Shown here in pieces: positions 18,338-27,240 of a DNA stretch of 29,020 bases (position 1 is the first letter of the stretch; each line of letters starts with the position of its first letter). The notes below the pieces were generated by a model. The model was not told the origin of the DNA. It made no database searches and was given only the letters and a program-made list of their open reading frames with translations. The DNA comes from Candidatus Sericytochromatia bacterium (GTDB lineage Bacteria > Cyanobacteriota > Sericytochromatia > S15B-MN24 > JAQBPE01), in NCBI GenBank assembly GCA_035285125.1, contig JAYKHR010000034.1, positions 1 through 29,020 on the forward strand, written 5' to 3'. The position numbers and the translations under genes are program-made.

Positions 18338-18377
18338 AAAACGCCAGGGCGTGCCGAGGCCCCTCGCCACGCCCTGG
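18338..18377 (-). terminator. Intrinsic terminator downstream of the small acidic protein gene
   Basis: 10+4-bp stem CCAGGGCGTG.CGAG / CTCG.CACGCCCTGG followed by cgTTTT on the minus strand. Confidence 0.55.
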
Positions 18378-18501
18378 GAAAGCTGGGGTTGCGGCGCCGC
18401 GGCCGCTGGGCCTGCGCGCGGGCCTGGCCCGGGGAGACCCCGTGGCCCGGCCGCCGGCGGGGCCTTCAGGCCGCGCTGGCCTCGGCCCTGCCTGACGGGC
18501 G

Positions 18502-18738
18502 TCAGTCGAGCTCGTCCTCCGGGGCAGGCAGCATGTCGATCAGGGTCTGGACCTCGTCGCGGTACGACTCGTAGTCGTCGATGCGGAGCGGCTCCTCGTC
18601 GGGCTCGGTGGCCTGGGTGAGCTCCTCCGGGTGCGCCTCGTAGTGGCGGATGTCCTCTTCAATGTCTTCTAGCCGCTCCTCGAGCAGGTCGTAGATGATC
18701 TCCAGCTGCCTGTCCGTGAGCGTGACGGTGTGGCTCAT
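18502..18738 (-). CDS. Small highly acidic hypothetical protein (78 aa)
   Basis: GGAGG RBS before ATG 18738; 27 Asp/Glu and no Lys. Confidence 0.75.
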   Translation of the reverse strand: MSHTVTLTDRQLEIIYDLLEERLEDIEEDIRHYEAHPEELTQATEPDEEPLRIDDYESYRDEVQTLIDMLPAPEDELD

Positions 18739-18785
18739 CAGGTGCCTCCTTCCAGCGGGCGGGCCGTATCGTATCATGGCGACGC

Positions 18786-19514
18786 ATGAGCACGCTGTTG
18801 AACCGCACCCGAATCGTCTTGGTCGAGCCGTCCTTGCCGGAGAACGTGGGCTCGGTGGCCCGTGCCATGGCCCACTTCGGCCTGTCGGAGCTCGTGCTCA
18901 CGGGCTCGCTCGACCCCACCGACCCGCGGGCTCGCGCCCTGTCAGCCGGCCACGACGCCCTGCTGGAGACAGCCCGCAAGGCGGAGGACCTGGAGGCTGC
19001 GGTGGCGGGCTGCGTGCTGGTGGTGGGCACCACGGCCCGGCCCCAGGCCACGGCTGAGCGGGTGGCCATCGGCCCCGGCACGGCCGCGAGCCTGGCGGCC
19101 GATCACGCCGCGGCGGGGCCGGTGGCCCTGGTCTTCGGGCCTGAGCGGCGGGGGCTGACCAACGCCGAGCTCCGCCGCTGCCACCAGCTCGTGACGATCG
19201 ACGGCGAGCCCGGCGCCTGCCTCAACCTGGCGCAGGCCGTGGCGGTCTTGGCCCACGCCTGGCGAGAGGCCGCCCAGCCTGCCTGGCAGGCCCCGACGCG
19301 CGTGGCGGCGGAGGCCGGGCTGGATGACGTGGCGGCCCTCCTGATGGACGGGCTCGCGGCTCGGGGGCTGATCCGGACGGCCGAGCGGGCGAGCAAGCTG
19401 CACACCCTGAGGCGGGTGCTGAGCCGGGCCATGCTGACGCCCGACGAGGCCGCGATGCTGCGCGCCTGGCTCGCCGCGCTGAGCCGGCAGGCATCAATGG
19501 GGCGCCAGTCTTAA
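18786..19514 (+). CDS. trmJ: SPOUT RNA methyltransferase, TrmJ/TrmH family
   Basis: IVLVEP..PENVGSVARAMAHFG, VVGTTAR, ALVFGPERRGLTNAEL, LNLAQAV. Confidence 0.88.
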   Translation: MSTLLNRTRIVLVEPSLPENVGSVARAMAHFGLSELVLTGSLDPTDPRARALSAGHDALLETARKAEDLEAAVAGCVLVVGTTARPQATAERVAIGPGTAASLAADHAAAGPVALVFGPERRGLTNAELRRCHQLVTIDGEPGACLNLAQAVAVLAHAWREAAQPAWQAPTRVAAEAGLDDVAALLMDGLAARGLIRTAERASKLHTLRRVLSRAMLTPDEAAMLRAWLAALSRQASMGRQS

Positions 19515-19581
19515 ACAAATTATAACCCTAGATCATTATTTTCTTATCCTGGTGGCCAGCCTGACCGGCGATAAGGGTGGC

Positions 19582-21192
19582 ATGCTCCGACCCATCGTCC
19601 CGGCTCCCCGCCCCTCGAAGCCCGCAGGGGCCCGCGTCCTCACCCCGGCCCCGGTGGCCGAGGGGCCCACGCCGCCTGCCGTTGCGCGCGAGTTCCGCGG
19701 GGCCTGGCTTGCCACCGTCAAGAACATCGACTGGCCGAGCCGGCCGGGCCTCAGCGTCCCGCAGATGAAGGCCGAGCTGGTCGCGATGCTCGACCGGGCG
19801 CAGGCGCTCGGCCTCAACGCCGTCGTGATGCAGGTGCGCCCGGCCGGGGACGCCCTGTACGCCTCCGCCATCGAGCCCTGGAGCCAGTACCTGACGGGGA
19901 AGGAAGGCCAGGCGCCTGCCGACGGCTTCGATCCCCTCGCCTTCGCCGTCGAGCAGGCCCATGCGCGCGGGCTGGAGCTGCATGCCTGGGTCAACCCCTT
20001 TCGGGCGCGCCTGCTTGATCGGGAGCCCAGCGTGCAGCCCAGCGGGCTCGGGGGCATTCTTGCCAGGCTCTTCCGTCGCCCGGCGGCCGAGGCGGGCGTC
20101 GAGGCAGACCCGCAGCACGTGACCCAGACCCACCCGGAGTGGGTCCGGCGGTACGGCAGCTACCAGTGGCTCGACCCGGGCGAGCCACTGGTGCAGGATT
20201 ACGTCATGCGCGTCGTGCGCGACGTCGTGCAACGCTACGACGTGGATGGCGTCCACATCGACGACTACTTCTACCCCTACCCGGTGCAGGGCCCCAACGG
20301 CAAGGACCAGCCCTTCCCTGACGACGCCACCTACCGCCGCTACCAGCAGGGCGGCGGCACCCTCGCGCGCGACGACTGGCGCCGCGACAACGTCGACCGC
20401 TTCGTCGAGCGCCTCTACAAGGAGGTGCGCGCCGAGAAGCCGCATGTCCGCGTCGGTGTCAGCCCCTTCGGGATCTGGAAGCCGGGCAACCCCCCGGGCA
20501 TCACCGGCATGGACCCCACGGAGAAGCTCTACGCCGATGCCCGCAAGTGGCTCCAGGCCGGCTGGCTCGACTACCTCGCGCCGCAGCTGTACTGGCCGCT
20601 GGAGTCCACGGGGCAGCCCTTCGCGAAGCTGCTGGCCTGGTGGCAGTCGCAGAACACCCAGGGGCGCCACATGTGGCCTGGCATGTTCACGAGCAAGGTG
20701 GCCGACGGCAGCGCCTCGGCCTGGAAGGCCGACCAGATCCGGCGCCAGGTGGAGGCTGCCCGCCAGGCCCCTGGCGTCACCGGCCACGCGCACTACTCGG
20801 TGCGGCCGCTGCTCTCGGGCCGGGGCGGCCTCTACGACTTGCTGGCGTCCCGCACCTACACCGAGCCTGCGCTCGTGCCCGCAAGCCCCTGGCTCGACGC
20901 CGACGGCAAGCCGCCGGGACGCGCCACCGTCACGCTGGCGGCCCCTGACGCCCGGGGGCGCCAGGCCGTGACGTGGGCCGGGGCCGGGGACGAGCCCGTG
21001 GCCCGCTGGCTCGTCCAGCTCCGCGAGAACGGGGCCTGGCGGTCCCGCGTGCTCGATGGCGACACGCGCACGCTCACGCTCGACGCCGGCGTCGACGCGG
21101 TGGCCGTCACGCCCCTCGACCGGGCGGGCGTGGCCGGGGCGCCGACCTCCCTGGCCCTGCCCGCGCCGGCGCGGCGCGACCGCCAGGGCTGA
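19582..21192 (+). CDS. Glycoside hydrolase-like 10 (GHL10/DUF187, YddW-like)
   Basis: REFRGAWLATVKNIDWPS, QVRPAGDALY, GLELHAWVNPFR, YDVDGVHIDDYFYPY, GVSPFGIW, LYADARKW, DYLAPQLYW. Confidence 0.92.
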   Translation: MLRPIVPAPRPSKPAGARVLTPAPVAEGPTPPAVAREFRGAWLATVKNIDWPSRPGLSVPQMKAELVAMLDRAQALGLNAVVMQVRPAGDALYASAIEPWSQYLTGKEGQAPADGFDPLAFAVEQAHARGLELHAWVNPFRARLLDREPSVQPSGLGGILARLFRRPAAEAGVEADPQHVTQTHPEWVRRYGSYQWLDPGEPLVQDYVMRVVRDVVQRYDVDGVHIDDYFYPYPVQGPNGKDQPFPDDATYRRYQQGGGTLARDDWRRDNVDRFVERLYKEVRAEKPHVRVGVSPFGIWKPGNPPGITGMDPTEKLYADARKWLQAGWLDYLAPQLYWPLESTGQPFAKLLAWWQSQNTQGRHMWPGMFTSKVADGSASAWKADQIRRQVEAARQAPGVTGHAHYSVRPLLSGRGGLYDLLASRTYTEPALVPASPWLDADGKPPGRATVTLAAPDARGRQAVTWAGAGDEPVARWLVQLRENGAWRSRVLDGDTRTLTLDAGVDAVAVTPLDRAGVAGAPTSLALPAPARRDRQG

Positions 21193-21200
21193 TCGCGGCG

Positions 21201-21599
21201 TCAGGTCGTCAGCAGCTGAGCTGCCTCCTCGAGGTGGCCGTGGACCCACGTCTCCACCGCCAGCGTGTTGGCCTTGCGCACTACGAGCGGCACCCAGCGC
21301 TCGAAGCAGCTGGCGTCCAGCGTGTGGGGCTGCTCGAGCATGGCCCGAAGGTGGTCCTCCTCCGCTGGCGCCAGCGGCGTGAGGAAGTTGTGGGGGTGCA
21401 TGTAGGAGGCCAGGCAGGCGTCGCGGGCCGCCCGGAAGGCCGGGGCGCTTGCCAGCAGCTGCGTGGCGAGCCGCTCCAGCGCGCACGGATAGTCCTGGCC
21501 CGTCCGCGCCAGCACCGGCTTTAACTCGTCAGGGGGCCAGGCCTGCACCTCGTCCGGATCGATCACGTGGCAAGCTGGCGCTTCCGTCCGTGTCAACAC
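21201..21599 (-). CDS. Hypothetical protein
   Basis: ORF with coding-like codon bias; start uncertain (GTG 21599 or 21566; the ORF extends to 21647). Confidence 0.6.
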   Translation of the reverse strand: MLTRTEAPACHVIDPDEVQAWPPDELKPVLARTGQDYPCALERLATQLLASAPAFRAARDACLASYMHPHNFLTPLAPAEEDHLRAMLEQPHTLDASCFERWVPLVVRKANTLAVETWVHGHLEEAAQLLTT

Positions 21600-21675
21600 C
21601 GCATCCCACCCTCGGCCTGAGCTCGGCCGCTCTCCTGCTCCTCCCACCGTAGCGCGGGCGCCATCACGATGGGGA

Positions 21676-21785
21676 TTAAGCCCGCCTTAAATGGACCTGG
21701 CGCCGCCCGCGTTCGAAACCTTGAGCTCGCCTTAACGACGATTTGAGCGCGCCCTAACCGGGTTTCGGCTCGCCCCACACGATAC
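21676..21785 (+). promoter_or_regulatory. Array of TTAA-N7-TTAA-like boxes plus CGATA element upstream of the PQY-repeat gene
   Basis: TTAAgcccgccTTAA 21676-21690; TTGAgctcgccTTAA 21721-21735; TTGAgcgcgccCTAA 21743-21757; CACGATAC 21778-21785. Confidence 0.6.
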
Positions 21786-21827
21786 CAGATCTCAGCGCCC
21801 AACGAGGCTCCACGCGAGAGGTTCCCG

Positions 21828-22454
21828 ATGACGACGCCGATCACCCGCCTGCAGCAGTACCACGCCGGTTACCCCGGCGGCATGCCCGGCGGCTACCCGG
21901 CGCCGACCTACCCCGCGCCCGCCTACCCGGCGCCGGCCCCCGGCTACGGGCAGGACCAGATGGCCGCCACGATCGCCGCCCTCCGCAGCCGCATCGCAGA
22001 GCTGCAGCAGCGCATCGCCACCGCCTCTCAGCCGCAGCCCGGCTACTACCCGCAGCCCCAGCCCGGCTACTCCCAGCCGCAGCCCAGCTACCCGCAGCCC
22101 CAGCCTGGCTACTACCCTCAGCCTGGCTACTACCCTCAGCCGCAGCCTGGCTACTCCCAGCCTCGGCCCACCTACCCGCAGCCGCAGCCCGGCTACCCGC
22201 AGCCCCAGCCTGGCTATCCGCAGCCCGGCTACTACCCGCGGCCGGCCTACCCGGGCACCACCGGGGTGGCCTCGCTGATGCAGGAGATGGCCGACAACAT
22301 GCAGCGCTCCCAGTGGGAGACGGAGATGCGCACGCGGCAGCTGCAGCAGTCCGTCGGGCAGGTGTCCGGCCAGATGGCGAACACCGTCAACCAGCTGGGC
22401 TACAGCATCCAGAGCATCGCCCAGTCGTTCCAGGGCCTCTTCGGCCGGCGCTAA
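21828..22454 (+). CDS. Pro/Gln/Gly/Tyr-rich repeat protein with coiled-coil segments
   Basis: GAGG RBS; YPAP repeats, heptad segment IAALRSRIAELQQRI, (PQPQPGY[Y/S/P])n, Gln-rich helical C-terminus. Confidence 0.8.
   Translation: MTTPITRLQQYHAGYPGGMPGGYPAPTYPAPAYPAPAPGYGQDQMAATIAALRSRIAELQQRIATASQPQPGYYPQPQPGYSQPQPSYPQPQPGYYPQPGYYPQPQPGYSQPRPTYPQPQPGYPQPQPGYPQPGYYPRPAYPGTTGVASLMQEMADNMQRSQWETEMRTRQLQQSVGQVSGQMANTVNQLGYSIQSIAQSFQGLFGRR
22029..22253 (+). repeat. Imperfect coding tandem repeats (CCGCAGCCCCAGCCCGGCTAC-like; PQPQPGY)
   Basis: About ten variant units visible at both DNA and protein level. Confidence 0.85.
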
Positions 22455-23404
22455 CCCGTCGGCCCCACGCGCCTGCGGGGGCGGCGGCGCTGCCGTTGCT
22501 CGAAGAAGCGCAGCAGGGCCCGGACGTGCCCCTCTTCGGTGGAGACGGCCACGTGGTCCAGCCCGAGGCGGCGGAAGCTCGTCACGCAGGCGGCCCGGTG
22601 GGCGGCCGTGGCGTCCTCGTACGCCGCCCGGACGGCCGGGTTGGCGGTGTCGATCACGGCCGTGTCGCCCGTCTCCGGGTCCTCGAGCTGCACCAGGCCG
22701 ATGGCAGGCAGCGCCCGCTCCCTGGGATCCGACAGCTGGACGGGGATCACCTCGTGCCGCGCCGCGAGCAGCCGCAGCGTGTGCTCGAAGCCGGGCGACA
22801 GGAAGTCCGAGAGGAAGAAGAGCACGCACCGGCCCCGCACGACGCGGGCCAAGTAACGCTCGGCCTCGTCGTAGCCCGTGCCGCGGCCGGCAGGCGCCAG
22901 CGTGAGCAGGGTGCGCAGCAGGCGGTGGACGTGGCCCCGCCCCTTGCGCGGCGGGAGGAAGGCCTCGACGCCGTCCGAGAAGGCCAGCAGCCCCACGCGA
23001 TCCTGGTTGCGCAGGGCGCCGAGCGCGAGCGTGGCCGCGAGCTCAGCCGCGAGCTCCCGCTTGAGCAGCGCCCCGGAGCCCAGGCCCGCGCTGGCGGACA
23101 CGTCCACCACCAGCATCAGCGTCAGCTCGCGCTCCTCGCGGAAGGTCTTCACGTACGGGCGCCCCATGCGCGCCGTGACGTTCCAGTCGATGAGGCGCGG
23201 CTCGTCCCCCTCCTGGTACTCGCGCACCTCCTCGAACTCGAGGCCGCGGCCACGGAAGGCGCTGCGGTGTTCCCCCCCGAAGACGGCGTCCGTGAGCCGC
23301 GCGGCCCGCAGCTCCAGCCGGCGCAGCCGCGCCCCGAGCGTCGGGGGCGGCTCGACGGGAGCGGGCTCGGCCAGCCCGAGCCAGCGGGCCAGGGTCTCCC
23401 ACAC
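22451..23404 (-). CDS. DUF58 domain protein (MoxR-associated)
   Basis: GEHRSAFRGRGLEFEEVREYQEGD, IDWNVTAR, KTFREEREL, VDVSAS, FFLSDF; GTG 23404 starts 4 nt after the MoxR stop. Confidence 0.92.
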   Translation of the reverse strand: MWETLARWLGLAEPAPVEPPPTLGARLRRLELRAARLTDAVFGGEHRSAFRGRGLEFEEVREYQEGDEPRLIDWNVTARMGRPYVKTFREERELTLMLVVDVSASAGLGSGALLKRELAAELAATLALGALRNQDRVGLLAFSDGVEAFLPPRKGRGHVHRLLRTLLTLAPAGRGTGYDEAERYLARVVRGRCVLFFLSDFLSPGFEHTLRLLAARHEVIPVQLSDPRERALPAIGLVQLEDPETGDTAVIDTANPAVRAAYEDATAAHRAACVTSFRRLGLDHVAVSTEEGHVRALLRFFEQRQRRRPRRRVGPTG

Positions 23405-23408
23405 GGGC

Positions 23409-24410
<1,002 letters not shown>

Positions 24411-24699
24411 GGGCCGAAGTCCTTCCTCGAGGAGCCCGCCAGCCGGGCGGGGAGTCCATTGTAGCAGGAGTGGCCGGGGCACCCGCGCGCAGCCCGCGAC
24501 GGAACCAATGACATGAAGCGCCCTACAGCTTCGCCCGGGGCTGGCCGATCCACCTGGCAAGGCCTGCGCCGCGGGCTTGCCCCGGCCCACCCGGTTGACA
24601 TGACCGGGGCCGCCCGGGTTCGTGCGGCCGGGGCTGGGGTACACGACCAACCGTGCCCGCCCCCCTGCGCGGGCCACCAGCCAGAGGAGTCCACTGAGA

Positions 24700-27141
24700 A
24701 TGAAACCCACCCGCGTGCTCAGCCTGGTGCTGTCGGCCGCCGCCCTCAGCGCCTGCACCCTCAGCCCCGTCGTGCTCGGGCCCACCGCCCCGGGGGTCAA
24801 CCCGGCAGGCGGCAATGCCGGCCTGATCAGCAACACGGGCGCCCTCACCACCGTCAAGGGCGCCGTGAAGGCGCCGTCGGCCTACGTTGCGCAGGGCGGT
24901 GACCCCTTCGCCGGCGGCGCCGGGCTGATCGCCGCAGGGGGCCAGAACCTCGTCGCCGCGGGGGGCCTGAACTACCGCCTGCAGCAGGACGCCCCGCTCG
25001 GCGACGAGGACTACGTGCCGCTCAGGGGCAGCGAGGTCTACCTGGCGGACGGCGAGGGCAGGCCGCTGCCGGGCCTGCGCCCCGTGATGACCAACGAGCG
25101 CGGCGAGTTCGAGTTCCCGGGCGTGCCTGAGGGCTACACCTACATGGTTGTCGCCCGCGCCCGGAGCAAGGCCGGCAAGGCCGTCCAGTTCAAGACCCTC
25201 CTGCGCGGCAAGGACGGCCGGGGCGACATCGACCCGGCTTCCACGCTCGCCGCCGAGGCCATCACCGAGGGGGCCGGCCCCGACCTCGGCCAGCTCGACC
25301 CCGAGCGCTTCCGCAAGGTGCGGGACACCATCCGCGAGGACCTCGCCCGGGGCGGCACACCCGACCTGGGCGACCGCGAGGCGGTCAAGGCCCGCATCGG
25401 CAAGCTCAAGGAGCAGTACGGCGAGCTGCGCCAGGACGTCGACGCCCTGCGCTCCGAGATGCAGCAGGCCAAGGCGATGATCGAGGCGCTGCGCAAGGAG
25501 CTCGCGGCCCGACCGCCGGAGCCGAGCCTCCCGCCCCTGGTCGCGCAGCGCCCGCTCACGTGCATCGAGGCCTTCAAGGCGCGCGACAAGAACGGCGACG
25601 GCGTTGTGGACTTCGAGGAGGCCGGCAAGCCCGAGCGCTTCACGGAGCTCGACCGCAACGGCGACGGCCGGATCCAGCCCGAGGAGGTCTGCGACATGCC
25701 GCTTCCGCCGCCCGTGGCGATCGGCTGCAAGGAGCGCTTCGTCCAGCTCGACCAGAACGGTGACGGCCTCATCGAGATCCAGGAGTTCCCGGACGGCCTG
25801 CCCGGCCAGGCTGGGCACCAGGCCTTCCTGGCGCTCGACGCCAACGGCGACGTCAAGCTCACGCCCGCGGAGTTCTGCGCCAGGCCGGACATCGTCATCG
25901 ACCCCGTGCCCTGTGACGCCATCTTCAAGCGGGCGGACGCCGACGGGGACGGCCAGCTCGACCTCGAGCAGGCGGCGAGGTTGCTGCCGACCGTCAACAA
26001 GATCGCGATCGACGAGCCCGGGGTCCAGCGTCTGGCGCCTGTCGAGGACCCGATGGCCGTTGCGAAGCGGCTCGACCGCGACCAGGATGGCCGCCTCTCC
26101 CTGGCCGAGTTCTGCGGCCGGCCCGACGTCGTCATCGACCCCGTGCCGTGCGAAACGCTGTTCAAGCGCGTGGACCTCGACGGCGACGGCATTGTCACCT
26201 ACGAGGAGTCGGCCAAGCTCGACCAGAACGAGACGGGCGACCCGAACGTCCGCTTCTTGAAGGACCACGACCGCGACGGGGACGGCAAGCTGACGCTCGC
26301 CGAGGCCTGTGGCGGGGTGCCGCCGCAGCTCGACCCTTGCCACGAGAAGTTCCGGTACGTCGCGGGTCGCGACGGCGTCATCACGCCCGACGAGATCGCC
26401 GCCCTCGGCTGGGGCAAGGAGCGGTTCCTCAAGTACGACGTCAATGGCGATGGCCGGGTCGACCTGAAGGAGTTCTGCAACCCGATCGACGTGCTGCCGC
26501 CGGCGCCGCTGCCCTGCACCGAGCGCTTTGCGCAGGTCGCGGGCTCCGACGGGGTGATCAGCTACGAGGAGGCGCAGCGGGCCGGCTGGGGCGACTCGTT
26601 CCCGAAGGTCGACGTGAACGGCGACAAGCTGGTCGGCATCCGGGAGTTCACCCTCGTCTTCTGCAACGAGCCCCTGCCCTCGCCGATGCCGACGGTGGCG
26701 CCGCCGCCCTCGGGCTGTGATGAGAAGTTCTGGTTCTACGCGGGCCGCAGCGGCCTGATTGGGCTGGAGGCCATCGACAACCTCGGCTGGACCAAGGACA
26801 TGTTCTACAAGTACGACGCCAACCGCGATGGCCGGATCGACCGGGCGGAGTGGGGCTGGTCCACGTGTGGGGAGCCGATGCCCACGCCCGTCCCGACGGC
26901 GATGCCCGCGCCCAACCCGTGTGACGAGAAGTTCGGCTACTATGCAGGCCGGGATGGCTTCATCACCGGCGACGAGGTCGGCACCCTCGGCTGGACCAAG
27001 GACATGTTCTACAATTACGACCTCAACCGCGACGGCAAGGTCGACCGGCTGGAGTGGGGTGTCGCGATGTGCGGCGAGCGCCCGCCGCTGACGACCCAGC
27101 CCGTCACGACCACCACGGACAGCACGCTCACCACGCGCTGA
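24700..27141 (+). CDS. Large lipoprotein: N-terminal beta-sandwich (carboxypeptidase-regulatory-like), coiled coil, then 16 EF-hand motifs
   Basis: Lipobox LSAC; TNERGEFEFPGVP; repeated DxNGDGxxxxxE loops; GAGGAG RBS. Confidence 0.9.
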   Translation: MKPTRVLSLVLSAAALSACTLSPVVLGPTAPGVNPAGGNAGLISNTGALTTVKGAVKAPSAYVAQGGDPFAGGAGLIAAGGQNLVAAGGLNYRLQQDAPLGDEDYVPLRGSEVYLADGEGRPLPGLRPVMTNERGEFEFPGVPEGYTYMVVARARSKAGKAVQFKTLLRGKDGRGDIDPASTLAAEAITEGAGPDLGQLDPERFRKVRDTIREDLARGGTPDLGDREAVKARIGKLKEQYGELRQDVDALRSEMQQAKAMIEALRKELAARPPEPSLPPLVAQRPLTCIEAFKARDKNGDGVVDFEEAGKPERFTELDRNGDGRIQPEEVCDMPLPPPVAIGCKERFVQLDQNGDGLIEIQEFPDGLPGQAGHQAFLALDANGDVKLTPAEFCARPDIVIDPVPCDAIFKRADADGDGQLDLEQAARLLPTVNKIAIDEPGVQRLAPVEDPMAVAKRLDRDQDGRLSLAEFCGRPDVVIDPVPCETLFKRVDLDGDGIVTYEESAKLDQNETGDPNVRFLKDHDRDGDGKLTLAEACGGVPPQLDPCHEKFRYVAGRDGVITPDEIAALGWGKERFLKYDVNGDGRVDLKEFCNPIDVLPPAPLPCTERFAQVAGSDGVISYEEAQRAGWGDSFPKVDVNGDKLVGIREFTLVFCNEPLPSPMPTVAPPPSGCDEKFWFYAGRSGLIGLEAIDNLGWTKDMFYKYDANRDGRIDRAEWGWSTCGEPMPTPVPTAMPAPNPCDEKFGYYAGRDGFITGDEVGTLGWTKDMFYNYDLNRDGKVDRLEWGVAMCGERPPLTTQPVTTTTDSTLTTR
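26781..27014 (+). repeat. Internal duplication between EF modules 7 and 8 (30-bp exact repeat)
   Basis: cctcggctggaccaaggacatgttctacaa at 26781-26810 and 26985-27014. Confidence 0.85.
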
Positions 27142-27160
27142 TCCTCGCTCAGACCTCACG

Positions 27161-27187
27161 GGGGCCGGCCTTCGGGCCGGCTCTTTT
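27161..27187 (+). terminator. Rho-independent terminator with cUUCGg tetraloop
   Basis: GGGGCCGGCC-TTCG-GGCCGGCTCT followed by TTT, just after the EF-hand gene stop. Confidence 0.85.
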
Positions 27188-27204
27188 GGCTTGGGCGCCG
27201 GGGC

Positions 27205-27233
27205 TTGGACGCCGCCCCCACCTGGGGTAAGAT
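27205..27233 (+). promoter_or_regulatory. sigma70 promoter (TTGGAC-N17-TAAGAT), probably leaderless
   Basis: ATG 27241 lies 7 nt after the -10 box and has no SD. Confidence 0.55.
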
Positions 27234-27240
27234 GGCCCCG

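Noticed and set aside
18292..18501. Structured intergenic region or 67-aa ORF as an ncRNA or small gene
   Set aside because: Explained by a terminator hairpin and GC-rich chance pairing; the ORF has a shadow-like composition.
21591..21596. Perfect TTGACA on the minus strand
   Set aside because: No credible -10 element 16-18 nt downstream.
22029..22253. Possible CRISPR or non-coding repeat array
   Set aside because: The units are in-frame, variable and have no spacers; they are coding repeats, and no cas genes are present.
24465..24699. Possible riboswitch or ncRNA upstream of the EF-hand gene; TTGACA at 24595-24600
   Set aside because: I could not match conserved riboswitch motifs, and no -10 box lies at the proper spacing; an Rfam/Infernal scan would settle it.
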